Assembly (NCBI GenBank): GCA_038496445.1
Contig: JALMLS010000311.1
Span: forward strand, 62,001-126,000
Source of the DNA: Trichosphaerium sp. ATCC 40318
Taxonomy: Eukaryota > Protista > Tubulinea
Direction of reading: 5' to 3'
DNA length: 64,000 bases
Part shown: one piece after another, positions 12,643 to 24,990 of the stretch
How the letters are laid out: every line of letters begins with the position of its first letter
How positions within the stretch are numbered: position 1 is the first letter of the stretch
The notes under the pieces: generated by a model
What the model was told of the DNA's origin: nothing
The model's database searches: none
Seen by the model: only the letters and a program-made list of their open reading frames with translations
Position numbers and translations under genes: made by a program

Positions 12643-13201
12643 AAGGCTAAAATAATAGTGCATTGTATTATAACAACATCATATAACCCACTAAATCACA
12701 ACACATGTACATTAACTCAAGTGACACTAACTGTAAAATACTTTTAACAAAATGTAAAATAACAATAAAAAACAAAATCACATTTTGCAGGCATCTTCAA
12801 AAATCCATTAAACATTCCCAAAAATAATTTTTTTTTGGTTCGATTAGAAAGTATAAATATCACTACACCGGATTTCGCCAAAACATTCAAATCTGAGAAT
12901 GGAAAGAATTGGATAACAATCGAGAAATTAAAAATATGTGTTTGTGCTGGATGGTTCAGAAACAGTCTATTCGTTCCAGAGTTTAAACTCTCTAGATACA
13001 TTTTTCCCTTGTATTTCAAAGACACGACAAAGTAAGATGCTAGAATAAAACTCTGTTGCTGCCATGCAGCGTGAAATTGAAGAACAAACACGATTGGCAT
13101 TTAAACTAACCATTACATTGAAAGGGAGCTAAAACTCACTTGAGTATTGTCCTTGTCAAAGTGTGAAAAATCTACCCACCACTGATTCATATGGCTGTCG
13201 A

Positions 13202-14050
13202 CTAAATGCAGCGTCCAGCTTTGATACAACTTTTCATAATAATGTCATAATTAAGGTATTCTTTACCACTGAGTACGACATTCTTTCCATTTCCTTGAAT
13301 GTAATATTGACTGTCAACGTCTTCTGATAATATAAAAGAACCAGGTAATGGTTTACCTAACAAGTTGATAACATGTGTATCATCTCCTCTGTAAGACCAT
13401 TGAAAGACACTAAATTTGTTATCTTCTAAGAACTCATACTTCTTGCGGCTGCTAATAATATAATGTGCAATATCATCAGCGCCTGCAATACAACCATCAC
13501 ACTCATCTTCAGGAGGAATTAACTTTTTATTGGGTCCAACAAAGTACGACCCACATAACCTAAACTCATAGATATGTAAGATATCACCATAATTGTACTG
13601 CTTGGGAACTTGATAAGTATAATAATCAAAGGTATCTTCATCTACTTCGTCTGAAATGCAATAACACCATGAAGGTAAATGCCATAAATACATATTCTTG
13701 TACGAATCAAACCAGTTTCCTGAACGCTTGAATACACTTTTAGTATAGTCCTTAAAATAATCAGTTTTTGGATCATAGTAGGCTGGGTTGATTTGTTCCT
13801 CTGCTATACGTTGTAGAAATTGCCTACAAGTGCGCTTCCATACTATATCGGAATCTAGCAGATTCTTAAGGACTTTAGAAACCGCTTTAATGATAAACAC
13901 AATATCACGGCCCGAGAGAAGAGATAGGAGTAGTGAAGCCCAAATATCAAAAGGTAGATCGAGAATAGACGCTGGCGAGGCGATATTAGAGTTAGTAACT
14001 GTGTTTGCGTGTTGTTTACAAGGAGGTAACTTAATAGCGTTGTTATCCAT
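13202..14050 (-). CDS. Intronless F-box protein
   Basis: 282-aa ORF with ILDLPFDIWASLLLSLLSGRDIVFIIKAVSKVLKNLLDSDIVWK. Confidence 0.8.
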   Translation of the reverse strand: MDNNAIKLPPCKQHANTVTNSNIASPASILDLPFDIWASLLLSLLSGRDIVFIIKAVSKVLKNLLDSDIVWKRTCRQFLQRIAEEQINPAYYDPKTDYFKDYTKSVFKRSGNWFDSYKNMYLWHLPSWCYCISDEVDEDTFDYYTYQVPKQYNYGDILHIYEFRLCGSYFVGPNKKLIPPEDECDGCIAGADDIAHYIISSRKKYEFLEDNKFSVFQWSYRGDDTHVINLLGKPLPGSFILSEDVDSQYYIQGNGKNVVLSGKEYLNYDIIMKSCIKAGRCI

Positions 14051-14131
14051 TGTGGCGCGTACGCTGCGTTGTACAATTTAGATTTTTGGGATTTATCAAG
14101 TCAATGAGATCCGAGAGGTTTCAAGAACTGG

Positions 14132-14144
14132 TTTGGCGGGAAAA
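14132..14144 (-). promoter_or_regulatory. E2F-like site TTTTCCCGCCAAA
   Basis: Consensus match about 80 bp upstream of the F-box ATG. Confidence 0.4.
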
Positions 14145-14341
14145 AAAAGTTGTGGTGGCTCTCAGAGCACTTTTATCGATTGCAGGAGCCTATCCCTCTT
14201 GACTTGACCGGAGTACATTATAGTCATTGTGTAATTGCCTCTAGCCGTTGCTTGCAAATCTTCCTTAGTCTCAAACGTCCGTAAAACAAGTATGAAGCCA
14301 CAAAAGCTTTTAATTATTACTTTGTACATTTTTTCTTTTGT

Positions 14342-17117
14342 TTAGACTTGTTTGTTGCCTGTAGCAGCTATGCTTTTACTACATAGTATTGATTTGCAGT
14401 TGTTTACAACACCATCATCATAGGGGTTAGAAAAACGACCACTACTGTCCTTTAGGTAGTCGTATTTCCCCCAATTAATTGCTTCATTCGTTGTCAAGTT
14501 TCTTGATACAAGTGATGCCTGAGTAAAGAAAAATCGAATACTCCACAACGTAAAACAAAAATCCCTTTGCGAAAAAATAAGCCAAAAAAAGCAAAGCGTA
14601 AACAAGGCTGTGGTTCAATATCTCAACAAGCGTACCATATCGTTACACATACAACCCAAGGTGCGATAGTATATAAGTGTATTAAAGCAGAGAGCATGGA
14701 TTCAGGTATATCAGGCTGGTTCGTGAGGACTTTAAGGAGTAAGATTTAAAAAAAAAGGTTTTTTTTGAAACGTACAAATGTAATGCCATCTCATAAGGAA
14801 CAACAATGTTGTGACGTTTGTCACAATAAATACGAAAAAAATCTTTATGTTCCCAGCACCAACACAATTGTTAACCCATGGACAATGGTGATCCATTCTA
14901 TGAACACATCTAATAATAAATCAAATCATGAGAAAAGGGAGAAAAAATTAAGAATTTTTTTTGTTACCTTGCGCAAATTGGACAATGCTTGGAGCGATCG
15001 GGTTTTTGAATCTACGGATAGATGTATTAGATAATGATGTGATTGAAAGTTCAAAAAAAATACTTCTTACCAAGCACGTGTAGCAAAATTCTTTAGGGAT
15101 AAAACTATTCATAAGTTTCTCTTCAATTGCCTAAAGAGTAATGATTAACACCTGTAACAAAAATCTCAATTTGATTATGTACAAGAACATGTGTTTTCTT
15201 TCCTTCAGTCTTTCCAGGATCACTTACTATCGACTAGAGGTATAATTACTAGATGGCTTGATCTTTTCAAAACAAAAAAGAATTTAAAACTACAAAATTT
15301 TAAACGTACTTGGATGAACGTGTAGCCATTTATAATTGAACTAATAAGATACACACAAATAAGGAAAGGTTCACTGTAAACTTGAGGATCTTTAATATTC
15401 GTCAAAGAAAATAAAATGCGAGAGAACAAGCTTTCCATTGTCCGTAGAAGAACAAAAGAAAACAATAAAATCAAACAAGTGTGAAAGGATACGCCAAACA
15501 TTGACGAGCCAAAAATTAGCATTAGACACTACTATAGTAGCAGCTACCCACCCAACAAGCATATAATTCCTCTTACTCAAAAAATCAGGACCATTCCAAA
15601 AACTAGCAGCGCCAGCGACCCAACCGATTAGTGCTAACAACACATCAATACTATCAACTCCAAATAACAAAAAAACATTTACGTACTAGCAATACCAAAG
15701 TAAATATTGAATGCGCAAGCAATTAAACAGAAAAAAACCCAACAAAACCCAGTTATCAAGTGGTTATACTCGATCTAAAAAATAAAATGTCAGTAAGGGA
15801 TTTTTCTTGTTTTCCAACTCCTTTTTTTTACAAGCATAAGATTACTTACTAGTAGCTTTGGTCTCCTTAATGTACGTGCATTAAATGCGAGTGTATTTTT
15901 TAGTTCTTTATCAAAGTTAAGCTCTGCAATCTCTGTTGGTGTTTGTCCTTGGTTGTCTGAAGAGGAAAAAGTGAGTCAAACAAAAAAAAGATTGTTGGCC
16001 GTTATAAACTTACCCCTTATTGCCAGTACGCCATGTGTCATTCCTGGATTTTGTACAAGTCTATGAACCATCCCTGCGTGCCTATGTTTTGTTGCAATAT
16101 GAAGAACAGTCTGACCTACAAAGTAAGTCAACAAGAAAAGCTCATTTACTGTCTTCTTTTTTTCTTGGTACCTTGTCCATCTATCATAGTAAATCTATCG
16201 TAATGTTTTACCAGTAACTTAAATAATTCTAGACTAGTGCCTTCAACTACCCAATGTAAAGCCTAGAGCGATAAACAACTATTAGAATTATAATTAAAAA
16301 AGTTTCTCAAACATACTGTTCTCCCACTATTATCTGTTTTGTAAAGCAAATCACGAACTTGTGGAAGGTGCAAAAGATATCCTAAACATAAAACACGACT
16401 ATGTATAGCAGCTACATGAAGTACAGTACGTCCACGAGCATCTGTATGGTAGAATATTACGAATACCGTATAAATTTGAGAGGCAGTACATTACCTGTTT
16501 TGGTCATGTCAACGCCACGTTTTGACAAATAATCAACGATAGCAACTGATCCAGACGCAATTGCTATATGAACAAGAGGTTGTTCTGCTTCGTCTTGGGT
16601 CGTCAAATGAATATCAGCTGCAAATTACAGTTAGATATAAGTGAACTAGCGCAGAGTGAGGACAAACGCGTGTTTACCGTTGTTTGCTACCAAGAAATTA
16701 AGCACTGTTAGTCTTCCTTTACTGACAACATTGTGTATTGGAAGATAGCCCCTAAATGACTATTTTAGATACAATGGATGTGTTCATTGCGCGTCAGCAA
16801 TGTAATTGCGCAAAAGTACCTGCTGTCTGGTTTTAATAAATCTATACCCGATTTTATGGCATTTTCCGCCTCCTCAATCGTTGACAATGGTATTTTATCT
16901 ACGAATGGTGAGTTTTGTACATTGTAATTTATTATGTACCCTCAACTTGCGCGTCGGCGTCTACACGTACTGTATTCTCGTAGATGTTCTTCCACGGTGA
17001 TTCCTTTACGAAATGTACAAACATTTCCTCTATTCGGATTATTAGTCACATATTTACCACACTCTACGTGGTATTACTTCTATATGACTCCACAGTTGAA
17101 ACATTGTCTGCAGCCAT
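14342..17117 (-). CDS. Ankyrin-repeat DHHC palmitoyltransferase (Akr1/ZDHHC17/TIP1-like)
   Basis: Ankyrin exons ([21 protein letters not shown]) and [38 protein letters not shown]; NLTTNE; NPYD. Confidence 0.92.
15390..15492 (-). other. U12-type (minor spliceosome) GT-AG intron
   Basis: Donor GTATCCTTT and branch TTCTTTGAC close to the AG. Removal is required to join frames (VNVW-H-PQVY). Confidence 0.8.
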
Positions 17118-17448
17118 CTTGACTCACTAATTTACGTAGCAGTCGCTGTACCTGCACTATTACAGTATACGTGGCTTTTGTACTAGAACTGACCTTACTT
17201 TGACTGGCAGACAACAATGTTTGCAACAGTTTTACTCCTGGACCCAAATAAAGCACACTGTACGCAATGTGGCGCACTGAAGCGTATATTAGGAAAGTGT
17301 CACAAGTGTCAAAGCTTGTGTTTGTTTAAAATGAGTGACGCACCTCGCCATAGACTACAACCGCACATTGTGGCTGAAGCACAGTCATTTGCTAAGTGTA
17401 AACAGCAAGCGAAATTACTAAGGCAAGGAGTTAACTGTACTTAAATAG

Positions 17449-17458
17449 TTGGCGGGAA
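17449..17458 (+). promoter_or_regulatory. E2F-like site TTGGCGGGAA
   Basis: About 70 bp upstream of the TACC-like start. A second copy, TTTCCCGCCA, lies in an intron at 17748. Confidence 0.4.
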
Positions 17459-17527
17459 TATTGCCGTTAATCGTTTAAAAAGTAAAAAGCAACCACAGGT
17501 ACGCAGCTATAATGTTTATATGTCGTC

Positions 17528-20513
17528 ATGGCGCCAAAATATGGACCAAATGGTTTAGGTACAAGAGTGTGATTTGTGAACGCGAAAAAATATGAATAGC
17601 ATTGGTAAAGAGAACATGGGGGAGAACGGCGAAACAATGCCAAGTTGGAGCGACTTTATGGCGCAACTAGCAGCAGAGGGCGAAACAATTGAAGAGAAAC
17701 CCAAACCAGTGAGAAGAAAGCGTAAGGTACGGTGTATACCAGCGGACTTTCCCGCCACGAAGAACGGCTAGTAACAAAAAAAACAATAGGCACCACCTAA
17801 AAAAAAATTAAGCCCAGAGGAGGAAGCTAAACGGTTAAAAATACGCCAAGAGGCAGATGCAAGAAGAAAAAAGATGAAGGAGATGATGCGTCAAAAACGG
17901 CTAGCAGCACAAAAACAAGCAGCAGTACGTATAACAATTACAACCCAAACGGTTTTGAAAAAAAACCTTTCGCTGTACCCAAAATCCTTTTTTTATTAAT
18001 TTACGATCTCGCTTTGATTTCGCTCCGTGTTTGAGCCGTATTTATAAACAAGAAGCCGATTATTTGGTTCTCACGTGTCATAGGCAAATAAACCAGAACC
18101 TGTTGTTGAAATTGCTGCTTCACCAGCAGCTACTCCAATAGCTACACCTACACCTGAACCTTTAATGGTTCAAGAGGTACCTGCCGCAGCTCCAGTAACA
18201 CAAACAGCGCCAGAACCTGCTCCTGCTACACAATTAGCCGCTATAACACAACCTGAGCCTGCTGCAGAGCCAATAGCACAAACTATACCACAAGAGCGTA
18301 CGTTATGGCGACAACAGCAAAAAAAAATTCACGCCGGCTTTTCGCGTAGCCGTTAAAGTTTTTTTGTTCTAAAAAATGAACTAACACTCTAAACAGCACA
18401 AATGGCACCTGCTGATTTTGACATCCGCGCAGACACTCCAATGGAAGATGTAGCTCCAGTAGAGCCAGTTGCACCTGCAGCTGCACCCGTACCTGCACAA
18501 ACACCCACACCTACACCTGTTGCAGAAGCCACACCTGAGCCGACACCAAAACCGCTTTCCGGTGGTCCTGCAGAAGGTGATGACATGCCAACTTGGGCAG
18601 AGTACATGAAATCTATTGAAGGTGAAGAACCTGCGCCAGAACCTGAGAAAAGGGTAGCTAAACCAAAACCAAAACCAAAACCACAGCCAGTACAACTTAC
18701 TGAAGAACAAAAAGAGCAACGCCGGTACGTGTTCACTACAAAACTCCTTCTAAAGAACAACACTGACAACTACTCTAGGAAACGCCAAGAGCAAGCGGAT
18801 AAACGTCGTGCAGATATAAAGAAAAGAAGGCTCGAGGCCCAGCAAAAAGCTAAGGCTGAGGCCGAGGCTGCTGCTGCAGCTGCAGCTGCAACATCGACAG
18901 TAATTGTGGGAGGCGCCGAAGAGAATGCGCCAATACAAGGTATGTAGCATTTATTTGGTGGAACAATTGGATGCTTTTTTTTTGCTTACTTCTTCTTTTT
19001 AGCGCCAGCTGCGTCTTCTCCAATTACTACAATACAAACACCGACTCCAACTCCAGCTCCAACTCTAGCTCCAGCTCAAACTCTAGCTCCAGCTCAAACT
19101 CTAGCTCCAACTGTAGCTCCAACTCCAGCACCTCAACCTGTAGTAAACGAAACATCTGGTGTAGATCTTGTACGTCAACAAGAAGAAGCCTTAAAGATGA
19201 GGATTCGTGAACAAGAATTACAAGCAAAACAACACCAAGAAGCACAGGCAAAGAAACAACAGGAGGAAGCAATTCAAAGACAAGCTGCAGAACAAGCTAG
19301 GAGACTGTACGAACAAGATCAACGCATTGCTCAAGAGAACGCCAGAAATTTGTATGAGCAACCAAAAAAAAAAACACCCTTTCGCGCTTTGCGCTTTATT
19401 AGAAAAGTTGTTGACGGTTTCTGTCTAGGAAAGAGCGTCAAGAGATCGCTTTGGAGAGGTTGAAGGTTGAAGAAGAGAGACGACGTGTCCGTGAGGAGCA
19501 AGAGAGAGTCAGAAGACTTGAACAAGATACTATGGCTCAACGCCAAATGCAAGCACCTCCACGTTCAGCATCGCCAATGCATAGGGTTGTTGTACCTCAG
19601 ACACCATTATCTGATGCTGAAGAACGTATGCGATCTAGAGAGGAGAGTAAACGTATCAGTTTACAACAACAATCCGAGATTACAATGTTACAGGAGCAAT
19701 TAAGGTACAACCACTAATACCACAAAAAAAAATAGAGCAACTTTCTTCCTTTAGTATTTTCTCTGTTTTCTTCGCTTGTGGAGTTACTTTACTGACTTGT
19801 ATTCCTTAGAAATACTCAACAGGCCCTACAACAACAACAAGTTATGGCTACCATGACACCAAGGGCTCCTATGAATGGCAACACAGCATCGGCCATTCAT
19901 GTTGCTACACATGATCCTATGGTTCCTACCATTACATTGCCTGTAACTGAATTTGATCGCATGTACAAGCGTGAACATGCCAAAAATAAGAAGGAGGCTC
20001 TTCGTAACAGTGCTCTTCAGGGCTTTATTGCTGTTTTTGATGACTACGATAAAGCTATGACTGATATCATTGGTACGTCTAAAATCACAAAAAAAAAATT
20101 AAATAAGTTTTTGCTCACGTTTTCTTGTTTAGCTGAAGACAACCGAGATTACTTTGGAAGACTTGACACTGAAAGTCAAACACTTAGAGAGCAAAATGCG
20201 AGATATGAAACACAGCTAAACGCTCTAAAGGCTCTTACTGACCAATTGAGGAATGATAACGAGCGAGTAAAGAAGGTTCGTCCTTTTTTCGTTATGTGAA
20301 ACTTAAATCGAGTTTTTCTTGCGTGTACTTGGTCACTGACACTGTTTATCTTAGGAATTGTTTAACAACCGCGCTAAAACACAAATGGTCGAGAGTAAGC
20401 TTAAGACAGCGCAACATGAACTTAAGTTGAAGTCTGAAGAGAATACGTCGTTGACACAACTATGTGATGAGCTCTTGACTCAATTAGAAACACTTGGCAA
20501 TGGTTCTTCATAA
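17528..20513 (+). CDS. TACC-domain (transforming acidic coiled-coil) protein
   Basis: Pro/Ala-rich N-half and a C-terminal coiled coil ending LKLKSEENTSLTQLCDELLTQL, matching the TACC signature ENxELTxICDEL. Confidence 0.8.
19041..19139 (+). repeat. Coding tandem repeat (6/18-nt units encoding PAPTLAPAQTLA)
   Basis: Direct repeats of ctctagctccagctcaaa. Confidence 0.8.
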
Positions 20514-20779
20514 GTCTTTTTTTATGTCAAAACCATCAAAAGATTATGAATTTTTTTTGTCAATAATTTTTTACAAGTAGCAAAAAAGAGTCTTGAACTG
20601 ATGAAAAGAAACCCTTTGATTTGTAATTTGGGTATTCTGTCGTTCTTGTATTTTTTTTTGTTCTTGTTAGTAAACCAGCATCAATGTAAATAAAACCTCG
20701 TTTGTACCTTAGGAACTAACATGTCGTACAGTTATTTTTTTGGAAAGTTTCATTACCGAATGATGGGCTAAACCACGTG

Positions 20780-23536
20780 ATGCTGTCTACTACAAATATG
20801 GTAACCATGTATCCTCACACTGTGGTTAGCTATTTTCGTGGTTGACATTTTATTCGCCGTTTTCAAACGATTCCTGAGCCAAATGAAAAACGGACTTAAA
20901 AAAACAGTTATAGCGGCTAAGTCAAACTGGTTTAAAACAGATGTAAATTACATGGTAACCAATGAGGATTAAGCAAAGTGACGTATGAAGGGTGGTATAC
21001 GGTGGGGTGTCCCAAAGACAACGTCATTTTGGAAAAATCCTCAAAACAGGTCAGAACTCATCTCAGAGGTAATAAATACGCTCAATAGTACTATATTAGT
21101 TACAAATGTACAAGGTTAAGCGTAAACTTAACATAACCGATAATAAAGGATGGTATAGCGTACAACAACAAGATTTAATTGACATATCAGGTTCAAGGCA
21201 TGTGTAACAAACCTTTTCGCTTAAATAACGTATTTGTGATAAGAAATGCTCCCAGCTTGCTTGAAACACTACATGAAGTGTATCCTCATCATCAATGGCT
21301 TCCATGGAAGTTCAGTATGCCAAAAATCAATGAACTACACATTAATCTTATCCTTTTTTACTAGTTCGCGTTCCAGCTTCATTTTGGGCCCATAATACTA
21401 ACATCGAAGCGTTTGCACGTGAGGTAAAAAATATAAATGTATATCTGAAGCTATTGTAACACGTGATAGGTCGAAGACTATGCAAAAATAACAGATATAT
21501 CAGATTGGTATAGTATCAATATTGCTACTATTAACAAGCTTGGCGGTGCATCTTTGGTTAAAAAGTATGTTGCAACGCTTTTTTTACAGTCATGCTTATT
21601 TATAAAATAGCCACTTTAATGGATCCCTTTCCACGTTTGTACGTTATGTGTATCCCATGTACGATTGGCTACCTTGGAGATTTGGTATGAAGCTTTTTTT
21701 TTTGAAGACAATCATTTTGTTTGCTGTGTAACTGATAGAGATAGTGAGTACGCCGATGAAGCTTAACTGTGATAGAGATGTATTTATTCGATTTGTGATA
21801 CACGTAAGTAAACTATGGTTATGTGAGTTATAAATGGTTAAATATAAACAAGGCAGAAGAAGAGCTTGGTATTCGAAAAATAGAAGATTGGAAAAAAGTG
21901 AAACCAAATGATATTCTTCGTTTTGGTGGTGGTCCAATAATGTCCAGTTTTGGTCGTACTGTTAGAGATTTATTTAATGAAATTTATTTTGACGAAATAA
22001 ATGAGAAAGAGGTTATGTCTTTATCTTACAAACGAAAAACAATGAACGAGGTAAGTAAAAATGATAAGCGTTTTTTGGCTCACTTTAACATAGTTGGAAG
22101 AGAGGTTACAGTTGAAATGTGTAGGAGATTGGACTAAACATACTCATGGAGATGTTATATCCAATGGAGGTTATCCTCTTTTAAGGTACGCACGTGATGC
22201 TAATACTGCACAAGTTCAAATGTGTTGATAATACAAAAAACAGGTTTTTCCGAGATTCTCTACAACGTATGTTGGCCCACTTTTACCCATCATTCCCTTT
22301 TGAACAAACGTCTCGCCCACGTGTGCCAAGAAAATATTGGGATGGAATAAATAACAAACTTGATTTCCTAGACAAGGTACAAAGACGTTCATCATACCAA
22401 CTTGTACCTTACTATAATTTTTTTCATAAGATAGCTTTAGCTCTTGAAATAAAAACACTTGATGATTGGTTCCGGATTAAAACACAACAAGTTATTGACC
22501 TTGGAGGTGCTGGTTTATTAAGGTACATAACACTTTCTATTAAAAGCCTCCAAAAACACTGTTTCAGTCTTGCTAATTAATGCTTAGTCGGTATGGAGGT
22601 TTACCAGCCATGTTGCAAAATTGCTATCCTAATATGAAATGGGACATTGATAAGTTCACAAGTAAGCATGAATGTGATAAGCAAGCGTTACAAGTTCTAC
22701 AAACTTGCAAACCATCTGTGGCTTTTAACACCCACCATTAGACTTTTCTCCTCGAGTAACTAGCAACAAACCACCTAATTACTGGAAAAACAGACAGAAT
22801 ATTAAAAAAGCTCTGAGCGACATCAGCACAAAGCTTAACATCAAAACTCATGAAAATTGGTACACAGTGTCCTATAAACAACTAGACATCCTTGGATACC
22901 CTGGATTGAAAGAGTATTGGCCAACGGCTCTTTATACTATGTTTCCAGAAGTCGCTTGGGACGAAAAGAGATTCCATGCTGAAAAACGACCAATCCAAAG
23001 GTAAGAAAAGATAAAGAAAAAAATAAGAAAAAACATAGAGAAGCAGACCTGTTTCGTTCCTTATTCTATTTGTAGATGGCTATGTAACTGTATTTTACAG
23101 TTACTACCTCAATATGATGTAGTCGAAGAGTATCGTTTGAGTCACGGCATATCACTTGATGTATTTATTCCGGAGGCAGAGCTTGCATTCGAGTACCAAG
23201 GAGAACAACACTATATTGATAACCCAAGAAAGTATGGTCCCGCTAAGCTTCATGAAAGTAGAGACTTGAACAAACTTAAAGAGTGTCTCAATCTCGGTAT
23301 AACATTGATATGCATCCCCTATTGGTGGACGCCTGGGGATATTCCTTCTATTGCTGCGGAGATTAAAAAGCACAGGTACCTTACATAGACGGCTAAGATT
23401 ATGTACGAGTTGTTTATATTTTTCTTCTAGACCTGATATTAAACTCTCAATGGCATCTACAGACTCAAGTTCACAACCAATCAAAGCTCGAGATCAGATT
23501 GGCGCCATGACTAACGCAATACGAATCACAAATTAA
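20780..23536 (+). CDS. Tandem ~70-aa helical-repeat protein with a C-terminal PD-(D/E)xK / RAP-like nuclease domain (5' end uncertain)
   Basis: Six repeats of P..(F/Y)W....N......L.I....DW.......GG..L.......L...YP...W...F, then LDVFIPEAELAFEYQGEQHY..RDLNKLKECLNLGITLICIPYWW. Confidence 0.75.
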
Positions 23537-23593
23537 TACAATATCTTAACTATTTTATTTTTTTCAAGTGACCCTTTAATTGCGCGCACTGTA

Positions 23594-23872
23594 ATGAAGC
23601 ACACCAAAGAAGAACGAACTTTTTGTGGGGATAGGTGGGACACTTGCCCTAACAAAAAATACGACGACGTACGCTTGGATAGCATTGGTTTGTGTTCACT
23701 GTTGGTCTTACTCCAAGTAGCATGATAAAGTAGCAAGTTCGAAAAAATGTAAACGTTGTAATAAGCGAACTCACGGGGTAAGAAATGCAATCACTATGTT
23801 GGCACCCTTCGAGTTGAAGGCTACCCCGACGTCTCAAAATACGAGTGTAGTGATATTCGCACTAAATCGTGA
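23594..23872 (+). pseudogene. Frameshifted paralog of the secreted Cys-rich peptide gene at 53424-53811
   Basis: Same 52-nt intron and a 79-nt identical tract. It has a 1-nt deletion near 23776 and no intact signal peptide. Confidence 0.75.
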
Positions 23873-24335
23873 ATGTTTGCACAATAAAAATAAAGTAGCT
23901 GTTCAACCTCTCAGGCGTCTTTGCGTGTTGCCTTGAGATTACTCACTTATGTTTGCCAGTAACCTCCCTAACAGTCACGCATTTACAACATAAAACTCAT
24001 TCCGCTTTTTTGCTTGTCACAAAAATGATGCATTTATTGTCCATTTCAGTCAACATCACGTGATATCTTAAGCTACACAATAAATTGTCATACGAGTGTC
24101 TGTGCCGCCAGCACATCTCCTGTAATTTGACGCTTACTGTACCCTTCCAATAGCAAACACAGTATCGAATTTAAAAAAAAGTGAAAGAGTGTACAACAAA
24201 ATTGCGTTTGTTGAATATCACGTTGTTACAATTTCTTTTTTTTGGTTCTACTATCTTACAAATCCTTTGTTGCTGCCATTTCAGCCTCTTTCATTGCTCT
24301 TCGCTGCCGAGCACGCTCATGTAATGCTCTTAATC

Positions 24336-24910
24336 TCATATCTCTGCGTTGTCGCTTTTCCTCCCATTCTTTGGGATAACCGTCTTCTGTGAGCTCTTGG
24401 TTCTGTGTATACTTTCCTGTCTTTGATTCTTTGGCTGGTAAGTCTTTTGGTATAGTCGCTTCAGCATAAGGAAGGGATTTATCATATTCAATGTCTTCAT
24501 ATTCATTCTCTATAGGTAACCTGTGCCTACGATCAAAGTTTTTAGACGTCTTAACTAAGAAACAGTTTAGTTAAAATGCGGAGCGGAGGTTTGTAATGTA
24601 AACGTCAAAAAAACATACCTCCAGGTTGTGGTAGACCCCATAGAGGTAGATCGTATCTATCTCTGGCAAATACAGATTTACGAAACGCTAATTCATCGTC
24701 CTCTAAAGCTTCTTCCTCTAGATCAGGCTCAGTAGCTCTTTTGTGTCGTAGGCGTTGCTGAAAACAATTAAATTAATTGTATTTTGATTAGTAGCACGCC
24801 AAGCGTACATTTGCAATATCCTCTGGCTTTGGAGAGGTGTAACTGCTGTAAAGCACTCCAAGGGCGGTAGGTACTCCTACAGCTAGTAGTCCTTTTACAA
24901 ATACGTGCAT
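24336..24910 (-). CDS. Small hypothetical protein with an N-terminal hydrophobic segment
   Basis: Three exons: MHVFVKGLLAVGVPTALGVLY..RYDLPLWGLPQP..PKEWEKSDNAEI*. Confidence 0.55.
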
Positions 24911-24990
24911 TTATATTGTGGTATGTGTTGTTGTTTAAACAAGAAAAGTGTTGAATACAGTCACAAAAGTTTTCGTGAGATTACTCCAGA

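Noticed and set aside
12744-13100. 118-aa minus-strand ORF and 66-aa plus-strand ORF
   Set aside because: No recognisable motif or splice support. Could be a relic but cannot be supported.
18283-19272. Several overlapping ORFs
   Set aside because: Shadows of the P/A-rich TACC exons.
21198-21243. Additional GC donors (21198; also near 63271)
   Set aside because: Nearby in-frame GT donors explain the junctions equally well.
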